Origin: an uncultured Gammaproteobacteria bacterium
GTDB taxonomy: Bacteria; Cyanobacteriota; Vampirovibrionia; 2-02-FULL-35-15
DNA: 64,000 nucleotides
Assembly (NCBI GenBank): GCA_964602915.1
Contig: CAZRTB010000003.1
Coordinates: 146,809 to 210,808, forward strand
Direction of reading: 5' to 3'
A model generated the notes under the pieces. It did not search any database. It was given only the letters and a program-made list of their open reading frames with translations, and was not told the DNA's origin. How positions within the stretch are numbered: the first letter of the stretch is position 1; the number at the start of each line of letters is the position of its first letter. Of this stretch, positions 1-8,526 are shown piece after piece. Made by a program: the position numbers and the translations under genes.

Positions 1-47
1 GATTAAAAAATTTAACTGTCTCAATATCTAGACCTTGATGTGCAATC

Positions 48-461
48 TCAAGCATTTTTTGTACTTACTTGCTCTTTTTGTTGATTTGGATCTTCTTCAT
101 CTGCAAAACCAGATTCTTCTTTTTCATCTATAATCTCAGGTCTATAAACAATATATCCTCTTCCTGCAATGGCAAATGTAATAGTACTAAGTATAAGCAT
201 TAGCCCCCCAGGCATAAAAGCCTGAGTCTCTGCAAATCTAATCAAAAAAAACATGGACAACATTAAACTGGTTGACGCAATAAAAAGATACCCTGCCTTT
301 GGCTTTTTAGAACCTAGCTGCCAAGCAACTAAAACAATTAAACAGCTAAGTGCACCTGTAATTAAGGATGGCTTACTATGTGCTTTTAAAAATCCTATTA
401 AACCGCCAACAAATAAAAGAATGGCATATGAAATACTTATATAATTACTAACTTTATCCAT
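48..461 (-). CDS. TMEM14-family small membrane protein
   Basis: YAILLFVGGLIGF..HSKPSLITG and FMPGGL motifs, about 4 hydrophobic segments, acidic tail. Track ORF runs to 482; ATG at 461 chosen as start. Confidence 0.8.
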   Translation of the reverse strand: MDKVSNYISISYAILLFVGGLIGFLKAHSKPSLITGALSCLIVLVAWQLGSKKPKAGYLFIASTSLMLSMFFLIRFAETQAFMPGGLMLILSTITFAIAGRGYIVYRPEIIDEKEESGFADEEDPNQQKEQVSTKNA

Positions 462-565
462 TACAAAAGAACAACCTCTCAAATTATTTAATACCTTAAA
501 AACATAGCATATAGAGGTAGTTTTTTATTATTTTATTTCAATAAATATATTAGTTTTTTAATCTT

Positions 566-691
566 AAAGTTCAGCTTGTCTAAATATTAAAGAACTCATC
601 AAGCAATTTATAAAAATAGGATTTGTCCGAATTATTCGGCAAATCCGTGTTCAAACATGAAGGCTTAATTTCTGAAAAGTTCAGCTTGTCT
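566..691. repeat. 16-bp perfect direct repeat AAAGTTCAGCTTGTCT (566-581 and 676-691)
   Basis: Exact match read directly; copies are 110 bp apart. Confidence 0.85.
618..647 (-). repeat. 30-bp structured hairpin element, copy 1
   Basis: Minus strand CGGATTTGCCGAATAATTCGGACAAATCCT; aligns without gaps to 817-846 and 48611-48640. Confidence 0.75.
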
Positions 692-698
692 GAACTTT
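676..698 (-). terminator. Hairpin downstream of tRNA-Thr, probable intrinsic terminator
   Basis: AAAGTTCAG-cttgt-CTGAACTTT inverted repeat about 12 nt past the tRNA 3' end; the U-tract is short. Confidence 0.5.
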
Positions 699-709
699 CA
701 AATAGAATC

Positions 710-782
710 AGCCCACCACCGGGATTGAACCGGCGACCTCGTCCTTACCAAGGACGTGCTCTACCAACTGAGCTAGATGGGC
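710..782 (-). tRNA. tRNA-Thr(GGT)
   Basis: GCCCATC...GGTGGGC acceptor stem, anticodon arm CGTCC-TTGGTAA-GGACG, T-loop GGTTCAATCC; CCA not encoded. Confidence 0.97.
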
Positions 783-816
783 ATAGTTGTAGCTTACATC
801 TTTTAATTCACATCTC

Positions 817-846
817 CAGATTTAGTGGACAAACCACACAAATCCT
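817..846 (+). repeat. 30-bp structured hairpin element, copy 2
   Basis: CAGATTTAGTGGACAAACCACACAAATCCT; same outer arms and loop pattern as copy 1, different but fully paired inner stem GTGG/CCAC. Confidence 0.7.
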
Positions 847-926
847 AATATTGAAGAATTCATTATAAATATGCAGAGTACAAAGTTAAAAAGTTAACCC
901 TGATATTTTATAACAAAAGCTAAGTA

Positions 927-2186
927 TCACAAATTATTTTCTTTGATTTTTTTAGCAATACTTATTCCAGCCAGTCTTCCAGTAGCCCAAGCAGATTGTA
1001 AGTTAAATCCACCAGTAAATCCATCGATATTTAAAACTTCACCAGCAAAATATAAACCTTCATTTATTTTTGATTGCATTGTCTTTTTATTTACTTCTTC
1101 TAACGAAACCCCTCCGGCTGTCACGAACTCATCTCCAGGTCTTCTTGAAATTAATGCAATATCTAAGCTTCCTGAAAGTAGGTGTGAAAGTTTTTTTCTT
1201 TCTTCTTTACTTACTTCAGAAGCTTTTTTATCTTTTTTTATATTTGCAAGAATTAAAACCTCTTCGGATAATCTTTTTGGTAAGTAATCGCTTATTATTT
1301 GTAAGATTTGTTTTTTACTGTTTTCCTGAAACATCTTTAAAAGTAATTCATTCCATTTATCAAAATGGAAATTGGATATTGGTAATAATGACACTTTGAA
1401 TTCACAATCATTTGTAATTTTCTGGAATGCAATATGTGAAGATAGTGAAAAAACAGCTGGACCAGATATTCCAAAATGAGTAAATAAGAATGGTCCATTT
1501 ACTCTTATAATCTTTCCATCTTTCAATTTAGCGATCAGTCCAGCATCTTCCAGGCTCAAACCTGATAAATTCTTACACCATTTTTCTTTCACCTCAAAAC
1601 TATTTAATGATGGACCAAGCTCTGTTATAGTATGCCCCAGAGACTTTGCAAAATCATATCCATCACCACTAGAACCTGTATGCTTGTAAGCATTTCCCCC
1701 ACTTGTAATCACAAGGATATTAAATTCATACTCTTGCTTATCAGAGATTAAATAGAATTTGTTGTTTTTAAACTTAACAACTTTGATAGCTTGACTTAAA
1801 TGAGTTTTTATTTTGTTTTTAAAGCATTTTTCAAAGACAGACACAATATCTTTGCCATTATCAGACTTTGGGAACACTCTCAAATCCTTTTCTACTTTTA
1901 GTGGAACTCCTTTATTTTCAAACCATTCAAAGACTTTTTCAGGTGGGAAATTATTTATAGCTGGAATTAAGAATTTCTCTCCTCTTGTATACTTTGACAA
2001 CAATATACTTTTATCCGTTATTCCAGTAGTTACGTTACAACGTCCACCACCACTAATAGCAACTTTTTTACCTAAAACATTGTTTTTTTCAAACAGATGG
2101 ATTTCAGCAGTAATATTTTCTTCAAGAAGTGTAACGGCTGTCATAAGCCCTGCCGCTCCCCCACCAACTATTGCAATTTTTTTCAT
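927..2186 (-). CDS. NAD(P)/FAD-dependent oxidoreductase, HI0933/BaiN family
   Basis: IVGGGAAG, KKVAISGGGRCNVT, LFTHFGISGPAV, VTAGGV, GLYFAGE..DGFTGGFNLQSAWATG. Confidence 0.93.
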   Translation of the reverse strand: MKKIAIVGGGAAGLMTAVTLLEENITAEIHLFEKNNVLGKKVAISGGGRCNVTTGITDKSILLSKYTRGEKFLIPAINNFPPEKVFEWFENKGVPLKVEKDLRVFPKSDNGKDIVSVFEKCFKNKIKTHLSQAIKVVKFKNNKFYLISDKQEYEFNILVITSGGNAYKHTGSSGDGYDFAKSLGHTITELGPSLNSFEVKEKWCKNLSGLSLEDAGLIAKLKDGKIIRVNGPFLFTHFGISGPAVFSLSSHIAFQKITNDCEFKVSLLPISNFHFDKWNELLLKMFQENSKKQILQIISDYLPKRLSEEVLILANIKKDKKASEVSKEERKKLSHLLSGSLDIALISRRPGDEFVTAGGVSLEEVNKKTMQSKINEGLYFAGEVLNIDGFTGGFNLQSAWATGRLAGISIAKKIKENNL

Positions 2187-2239
2187 TTTCTCAAACCCTA
2201 GAGTATTCTATATTAAACTAAATATATTGGAGGTGCTTT

Positions 2240-2542
2240 ATGAGTGGTTTTATGAATTTCATTAGAGAACAAGGTGTAGTTGGATTAGCTGTAGGTTTTA
2301 TTTTAGGAGGTGCAATATCAAAACTAGTTTCTTCCTTAGTAACAGATATTATTAATCCTGTTATAAGTATCGGACTAGGCACTGTTGGAAATTTAAAAGA
2401 AGCATTTATTGAAATAGGACCTGCAAAGATTATGTGGGGTAGCTTAGCCAGTACATTTATAGACTTCATTGTCATCGCAATAGTTGTTTATTTTGGAGTA
2501 AATGCTTTAGGTCTAAATAAGTTAGATAAGAAGAAAGGATAA
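2240..2542 (+). CDS. mscL: Short large-conductance mechanosensitive channel
   Basis: F..FI....VVGLAVGFILGGA..LV.SLV.DIINP and TM2 FIDFIVIAIVVYF; GGAGG ribosome-binding site. Confidence 0.88.
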   Translation: MSGFMNFIREQGVVGLAVGFILGGAISKLVSSLVTDIINPVISIGLGTVGNLKEAFIEIGPAKIMWGSLASTFIDFIVIAIVVYFGVNALGLNKLDKKKG

Positions 2543-2627
2543 CTTATTAAAAGAATATTAAATTTTAGCTTTTAGTCAAAATAACACTAGTTTTTAGCAC
2601 TTAATTAAATAAAACTGATTTTTCTAG

Positions 2628-2636
2628 TGATATACT
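2628..2636 (+). promoter_or_regulatory. Extended -10 promoter (TGaTATACT) for the DEAD-box helicase
   Basis: TGn + TATACT; implies a leader of about 170 nt. Confidence 0.4.
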
Positions 2637-2812
2637 AAAAGTCTGAAAATCAATTTTAATGGATTCTCCATTTGCCCTAAATAAAGGTGCAAAAGTGCAA
2701 GATTTAAATCTACGATAAAGCTTTAATAATCATATAAGAGTTTCTGTTTTAATAATTTTTAAGAAAAATATAATGCAATAGCATTTTTGCTTAAGCAGAA
2801 AAGGAAATATTT

Positions 2813-4033
2813 ATGTACGATAAATCGCGCAAATCTGGGAATTCTTCTAGTAATGGTAAATGGAGAAAAAAAGGCTCTTTTGGTTTTAAAAGAAGATCCT
2901 CAAGTAATAATAATAGAAGAGGAAATAGTCAGAACATTGAGGTCTCAAAATTTATAAAAAAAGCTGTAGTTAAAACTAATACAGAAGAATTTGTCCCTGT
3001 TAATAAATTCTCAGATTTCAATATCTGTGAAAAGCTTAAAGCAAATATTATAAGTAAGAAATTCACAACCCCTACTCCTATTCAGGATAGAGCAATACCA
3101 GCAATTTTAGAAGGGAAAGACTTTCTAGGAATAGCAAATACAGGAACAGGTAAAACAGCATCATTCCTTATACCTCTAATTGAAAAGGCTGTTAAAAATA
3201 ACAATGAGAAGGTTTTAATAATGGCTCCGACAAGAGAGCTAGCTCTTCAAATAGATGAAGAATTTAGAGCATTTTCAAAATTCTTCCCACTTAGTTCTGT
3301 GGCTTGTATAGGTGGAGCAAATATTAGAAGTCAAATCTTCTCGATAAAGAAAAGAAGACCAAGTTTTATCATTGGTACACCTGGAAGACTTAAAGATCTC
3401 ATGGAAAGAAGAGTAATAAATCTTTCAAAATTTAACAATGTGGTCCTAGACGAAGTAGACAGAATGTTAGATATGGGATTCATTAATGATATTAAGGAAA
3501 TAATTTCATTATTACCAGAACAAAGGCAGTCATTATTTTTCTCTGCAACCATTTCTAGAGAAGTAGATAACTTAATCAAAGGGTTTTTAAAAGATCCTGT
3601 TAAAGTGTCTGTAAAATCTGGAGAAACAGCTGAAAACATTGATCAAGATGTAGTAAGAGTTCAAGATAAAAGTAAAAAAATTGATAGTCTTCATGACTTA
3701 TTAATTCAGGATGATTTTAAAAAAGTTCTGGTTTTTGGAAGAACAAAAAGAGGAGTTGAAGACCTATCTACAAATCTTCGTCAAAGAGGATTTAAAGTAG
3801 GATCTATTCATGGTGATAAAACTCAAGCAAAAAGAGAAAAAGTTTTACAACTTTTCAAAGCAAATCAGATTCAAACACTTATAGCGACAGATGTTGCCGC
3901 TAGAGGTTTAGACATAGCTGATATAACCCATGTTATTAACTATGATCTCCCAGCTACATATGAAGACTACATTCATAGAATAGGCAGAACTGGCAGAGCT
4001 AACAAAACCGGAAAAGCTTTGACTTTTGTTTAA
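2813..4033 (+). CDS. DEAD-box RNA helicase
   Basis: TPIQ, TGTGKT, PTRELA, TPGRL, DEVD, SAT, TDVAARGLD, HRIGRTGRA; basic N-terminal extension. Confidence 0.96.
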   Translation: MYDKSRKSGNSSSNGKWRKKGSFGFKRRSSSNNNRRGNSQNIEVSKFIKKAVVKTNTEEFVPVNKFSDFNICEKLKANIISKKFTTPTPIQDRAIPAILEGKDFLGIANTGTGKTASFLIPLIEKAVKNNNEKVLIMAPTRELALQIDEEFRAFSKFFPLSSVACIGGANIRSQIFSIKKRRPSFIIGTPGRLKDLMERRVINLSKFNNVVLDEVDRMLDMGFINDIKEIISLLPEQRQSLFFSATISREVDNLIKGFLKDPVKVSVKSGETAENIDQDVVRVQDKSKKIDSLHDLLIQDDFKKVLVFGRTKRGVEDLSTNLRQRGFKVGSIHGDKTQAKREKVLQLFKANQIQTLIATDVAARGLDIADITHVINYDLPATYEDYIHRIGRTGRANKTGKALTFV

Positions 4034-4126
4034 ATAAAACTAATTCCTTAAAGATTAAAAAGAATTTATCTGGTAAGTATGTATATCACTCTGTAAAAGT
4101 ATTTTTTTCTTTTATAGAATTATCAT

Positions 4127-5299
4127 ATGATTAGAATAAACTTTTCAGAATTAAAATTCCCAGACCCAAGAGCAAGAGAATGCATTCTTAGAGGTGGAAG
4201 CAAAGGTGGCTTCTATGACTTCTTTTCTGATAATTGGAAAGGAACAAAATTTGAAAAACATTTACCCGAAGGAAGGCATTTTTTCTGCGATACTACTGTG
4301 CAAAAAGATCCCAGAGAATATATAGGCATAGTTGAAAAGTCAGATAGACCAAAATTTCTAAGATCTTGCATTCTTCCTAATGAAGAATTTAATTATGCCG
4401 GAGATTTTGCAGGAGCAGTAGACCTACTGCCTTCAGAAGCCATAGAAGATCCTGATTCATTAAGAGAAAAAATTAATCTACTAAAACTATTAGTTCAAAG
4501 TAAAAGTATAAAAGATTATATTAAATGGGATGGCGGTGATCCTGAAAATATAAGGCTAGCATTTGAAATTGAAGATTTTTACACTGGTACAAAATCAAGA
4601 AGAGTAGGTTCAATAGTAGAACATCCACACGATAAAGGTACATATGTTGCAGAAGTGTGTGAAAGTTCAGTTCCCAAAGGAGACATAGGTAGTATAAATA
4701 CTGTTATTGCTGATGAACATGGAGATTCTAAAGAAACTGGTGTTTATCCTGCAGGAATTACACTACAAAACTTTGAGGAAATTGTAGATTGCTATAAAGA
4801 TATAAAAGATTCTGGATTTATTCCAGAAGGTTACACTTTTCAAATGGAATTTGTAATTTATGGCTATAAAAAGTTTAAAGTAGTTCAAGCAAGACTTTTC
4901 AGGAAAGAAGAGGAAAGAGCCAATTTTGATTTTAGTGAAACTAATTATAAAACAAAAACACCTACTTATTCTTCATTTGGAATTACACCAAAAGATGGGG
5001 TAGAAGTAGATATAGATCATATAAATAATTTTTATGGGGCAGGAAGCAGTTCAGCCTTTTACAACTTCTTTAGAAATCATGATTCACTACCTTTAGTTAT
5101 AACCCCTAAAGAAATATCATTTTTTGCCTCAAGCACAGTTTCAGGAGCATTTTTAAATCACGGACCTTATAGATTTTTAATTAAATCTGATTATTTCATG
5201 GGTTTAAATGAAAACAGTGAGTTATTTGTAGATAGTACATTACCAGGCAAAGCAAGATTTATTTCAAATGGAATTAATAGCTGGTTAGTAGCAGAGTGA
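4127..5299 (+). CDS. Hypothetical protein, divergent PEP-synthase-type ATP-grasp (PPDK_N-like) domain
   Basis: GGSKGG, FLRSC......YAGDF and QMEF......VVQAR echo the GGKG / VRSS...FAG / DIEW...LQARP motifs in the right order. Confidence 0.5.
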   Translation: MIRINFSELKFPDPRARECILRGGSKGGFYDFFSDNWKGTKFEKHLPEGRHFFCDTTVQKDPREYIGIVEKSDRPKFLRSCILPNEEFNYAGDFAGAVDLLPSEAIEDPDSLREKINLLKLLVQSKSIKDYIKWDGGDPENIRLAFEIEDFYTGTKSRRVGSIVEHPHDKGTYVAEVCESSVPKGDIGSINTVIADEHGDSKETGVYPAGITLQNFEEIVDCYKDIKDSGFIPEGYTFQMEFVIYGYKKFKVVQARLFRKEEERANFDFSETNYKTKTPTYSSFGITPKDGVEVDIDHINNFYGAGSSSAFYNFFRNHDSLPLVITPKEISFFASSTVSGAFLNHGPYRFLIKSDYFMGLNENSELFVDSTLPGKARFISNGINSWLVAE

Positions 5300-5305
5300 T
5301 AGATC

Positions 5306-5773
5306 TTAATTAGCACCTAAAATACTGATCAGATCAATTTCATGTCCTTCTACTGTACAAAAGGATTCAAGGATTTTCATTATCTGATCATCACTAAGAT
5401 TATTAATTATAGAAAGTACTTTAGAAATATCTTCTTCACTTTCTATAAGAAAACACTCTCTAATTGCGCTCTCAACAGCATCACCAAAGGTTTCACAAAG
5501 TGAAGGTTCTTCCAAGTACCTAGGTTCAGCATATGTACCTTCATGAATTATATATTCTCTTATAGCTTGAAAGAAGTCTGGAGATCTAGCCTCTAATAAT
5601 GAACGTCCATATACCTCAGCAGAAATAATTTCCTTTTTAAAATCTTCCCCAAAAGTTTCAAGATGCTCAAGAATGCGTGAGTTTAAACGTACATCACAAA
5701 GTTTTGCATTACCTGCTTTTAGTTTCTGGAATAAGCCATTTGCTCTTGGTGTAGTAATTTTTATTCTATTCAT
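5306..5773 (-). CDS. Hypothetical protein
   Basis: 155-aa acidic ORF filling the gap; no recognised motif. Confidence 0.7.
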   Translation of the reverse strand: MNRIKITTPRANGLFQKLKAGNAKLCDVRLNSRILEHLETFGEDFKKEIISAEVYGRSLLEARSPDFFQAIREYIIHEGTYAEPRYLEEPSLCETFGDAVESAIRECFLIESEEDISKVLSIINNLSDDQIMKILESFCTVEGHEIDLISILGAN

Positions 5774-5818
5774 ATCTGATCAAGCTTATCTTTGCACTTA
5801 TTAAAAATAAATGAAACT

Positions 5819-5908
5819 CGGAGGAGACAGGATTCGAACCTGCGTGACGACTTTCGCCATCTAACTGATTTCGAGTCAGCCCCGTTATGACCACTTCGGT
5901 ACTCCTCC
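5819..5908 (-). tRNA. tRNA-Ser(CGA)
   Basis: GGAGGAG acceptor, anticodon arm GCTGA-CTCGAAA-TCAGT, long variable arm, GGTTCGAATCC. Confidence 0.97.
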
Positions 5909-5930
5909 ACTCCACAATTTCACAATATGA

Positions 5931-6773
5931 TTATAGATTACAAATCCTTTCTTTTACAAAATTTGCAAAAAATTGATTTTTATTACCTATTTTATTCTCT
6001 AAAAACTCTTTTTCCAGCTTTAATGACATCTCTACAAATTTTTTCAATGAAAGCTCTGATTCTTTCTTTTTAAAACAAAGAGTCCCTATCTTTATATCGT
6101 TTAAGATCTGTTCTTTCGTAGAAACAAAAACTCCTGAAGAAAAATCAGAATTACTTAAAGAGTTTTTATTGTAGTAGCAAACATGAAGAATCTCAGAGAG
6201 ATGATAGATATTATCAACATAATCATAAGCTGACACAACAAAAATCAGATCTTCTAAAACTAAATAATTCTCACTAAACAGAAGAGGAATTTTATTTCTA
6301 TCATAAGTAATTGTCCCGTTTAAAAAGTTCACGAATGGATAAGTTTCAGCAGTTAAAAGCCTATCCTTATCAAATACTCCTATAGTATTTATTATCTTTT
6401 CATTTTCTGCCCTATATTCAATAGCACTACTTACAAAACCATAGTCAATTACTTTTGGAATAACTTTTTCCAGCTTAGAAGGTAAAAGAAAATCATCGCT
6501 ATCTAATAGTGATATTATTTCCCCACTTGACTCTTTAATTCCTAGATTTCTTGCATTTGACACACCACTACCAGATTTTAACGTGCTAGTATATACGATT
6601 CTTTTATCATTGATGTTATTGTTTTGAATAAAACTTTTATAATCAAACAAATCATCAGAAACAATTACTAACTCCCAATTCGTATATGTCTGATTTAAAA
6701 CACTATTTATTGATTTAAGAATAAAATCTTTTGAGTTAAAGCAGGGCATTATTATAGATACTTTTGGACTCAT
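5931..6773 (-). CDS. Family 2 glycosyltransferase
   Basis: VSIIMPCFN, SVLNQTY.NWELVIV, ARNLGI, LDSDD. Confidence 0.92.
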   Translation of the reverse strand: MSPKVSIIMPCFNSKDFILKSINSVLNQTYTNWELVIVSDDLFDYKSFIQNNNINDKRIVYTSTLKSGSGVSNARNLGIKESSGEIISLLDSDDFLLPSKLEKVIPKVIDYGFVSSAIEYRAENEKIINTIGVFDKDRLLTAETYPFVNFLNGTITYDRNKIPLLFSENYLVLEDLIFVVSAYDYVDNIYHLSEILHVCYYNKNSLSNSDFSSGVFVSTKEQILNDIKIGTLCFKKKESELSLKKFVEMSLKLEKEFLENKIGNKNQFFANFVKERICNL

Positions 6774-6791
6774 TATTATAATTATATATCA

Positions 6792-7325
6792 ATGGATTTA
6801 TTAACTGTTAAACTAGATTACATGGAAAAGTTAATTGAAAATATTAGAAACATTAAGCTTATTGCTATTGATATAGATGGAGTTATGACTGATGGGTCTC
6901 TTTTCTACTCAAAGGATGGAGAAGCGATAAAAAGATTCAATGTTAAAGATGGTCAAGGAATAAAATTAGCTCAGCTTTATGGATTAGAACTAGCCATTAT
7001 AAGTGGTAGAGAATGTGAAATTGTAAGAAATCGAGCTATAGAGTTAGGCTTTAAGCACTTATATCAACACTGTCACGATAAAGCAAAAAAAATTAAAGAA
7101 ATTATAGCTGAACTAAAAATCTCTCTAGAAGAAACAGCATTTATCGGAGATGATATTTTAGATGTCCCAGTTTTAGAGATTGTTGGATTATCAGCATGTC
7201 CTAAAGATGCACATCCAAGTGCAAAATCTAAATCTAAAATTATCACTGAGAGAAAAGGTGGCGAAGGTTGCGTAAGAGAATTAATAGATCTTATTTTAAA
7301 AGAACAAGGAAAAATACAAATTTAG
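6792..7325 (+). CDS. kdsC: 3-deoxy-D-manno-octulosonate 8-phosphate phosphatase (HAD IIIA)
   Basis: DIDGVMTDG, FNVKDG.GI, IGDDILD, GGEGCVRE; real start may be the second Met. Confidence 0.92.
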   Translation: MDLLTVKLDYMEKLIENIRNIKLIAIDIDGVMTDGSLFYSKDGEAIKRFNVKDGQGIKLAQLYGLELAIISGRECEIVRNRAIELGFKHLYQHCHDKAKKIKEIIAELKISLEETAFIGDDILDVPVLEIVGLSACPKDAHPSAKSKSKIITERKGGEGCVRELIDLILKEQGKIQI

Positions 7326-8452
7326 TCTCTTGTATAAACTCTAGGTAATCTGATTTTAAGTCTGCACACAAGCTCATAAGTTATGGTGTTTAAGATATTT
7401 GCCCAACCACTTATGCTTAGTTCTTTTTCTCCATCCTTACCAATTAATGTAATCACATCTCCAACTTGTGGGTTATCAAGATCAGAAATATCAAACATCA
7501 TTTGATCCATAGTTATATTTCCTACCTGCTTAACTTCTACTCCTTTATATAAACCAAAAATCTTATTCGAAAGATTCCTATCTACACCATCAGCATAACC
7601 AATAGGGACAGTAGCAATAACTGAATCTTTTTTTGCTTTCCAGGTCCTGCTATAGCTAACTGATTCATCTTTAGTAACAGTATGAATTTCAGTAATTCTT
7701 CCTTTGACAGAGATAATTGGTTCCAGGAAATTAAACTCCTGTCCATATAATGCTATTCCTATTCTAGCCAGATCATACCTCATATCCTCAAAGTTAATAC
7801 CAGCATGACTACTAGCCAAATGTTTCAATACTTTTAAATCTTTATGTGAAGAAATAGCCACTTCAAATCTATCTTTTTGAATTTTTGAGAACTCGTAATC
7901 TGCCGCAGTAGACAAATGAGAAAAAATTCCTTCAAGATTTAAGTTTTTAGAATTTATAATTTCATCAATAACAGATTTTGCTTCTTTATAATTCACTCCA
8001 AGTCTATTCATCCCTGTATCTATCTTTAGCTGGACTGGAATCTTTTTATTTTTCTTTTCCCCTAATTCATTCAAAGATACAATTTGATCCTTCGAGTAAA
8101 TAGTAATTGTTAAATTGTTTTTATCACAGACATCATATGCCCAGAAAGGAGTAGCTCCTAAAATAATAATAGGTACTTTTATATTTGCACCTCTCAATGC
8201 AACTCCTTCATCAACAGTAGCAACACCAAACGAATGAACTCCCAAACTCTGTAAAATAGGCGCAATAGCACAAGCTCCATGTCCATAGGCATCAGCTTTC
8301 ACTACTGCCATAATATTTGTTTTCAAAAGGGTTTTTAATTTTATAAAGTTTCTTTCAAGAGCAGAGAGATTAATTTCTACCCAGGCATCTCTCTGTGTAG
8401 CTGATTGAGTTTGTGATCTATGTGTAACTGTCATATGAATAGTATATAGCAC
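7322..8452 (-). CDS. alr: Alanine racemase
   Basis: AVVKADAYGHG, DTGMNRLG, IGYADG, ITMDQ, TITYE. Confidence 0.97.
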   Translation of the reverse strand: MLYTIHMTVTHRSQTQSATQRDAWVEINLSALERNFIKLKTLLKTNIMAVVKADAYGHGACAIAPILQSLGVHSFGVATVDEGVALRGANIKVPIIILGATPFWAYDVCDKNNLTITIYSKDQIVSLNELGEKKNKKIPVQLKIDTGMNRLGVNYKEAKSVIDEIINSKNLNLEGIFSHLSTAADYEFSKIQKDRFEVAISSHKDLKVLKHLASSHAGINFEDMRYDLARIGIALYGQEFNFLEPIISVKGRITEIHTVTKDESVSYSRTWKAKKDSVIATVPIGYADGVDRNLSNKIFGLYKGVEVKQVGNITMDQMMFDISDLDNPQVGDVITLIGKDGEKELSISGWANILNTITYELVCRLKIRLPRVYTRD

Positions 8453-8526
8453 TCTTAAATATCCATAATCACAATTTCTCTATTAAATGTCTCTACAGCA
8501 AATTACGATATAATAAACCTGTTATT

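Noticed and set aside
630-700. Possible c-di-GMP-I riboswitch (GGCAAA followed by a terminator)
   Set aside because: No GAAA tetraloop or GACGCAAA segment.
623-868. 81-aa track ORF
   Set aside because: Antisense to tRNA-Thr and the hairpins; a typical tRNA shadow ORF.
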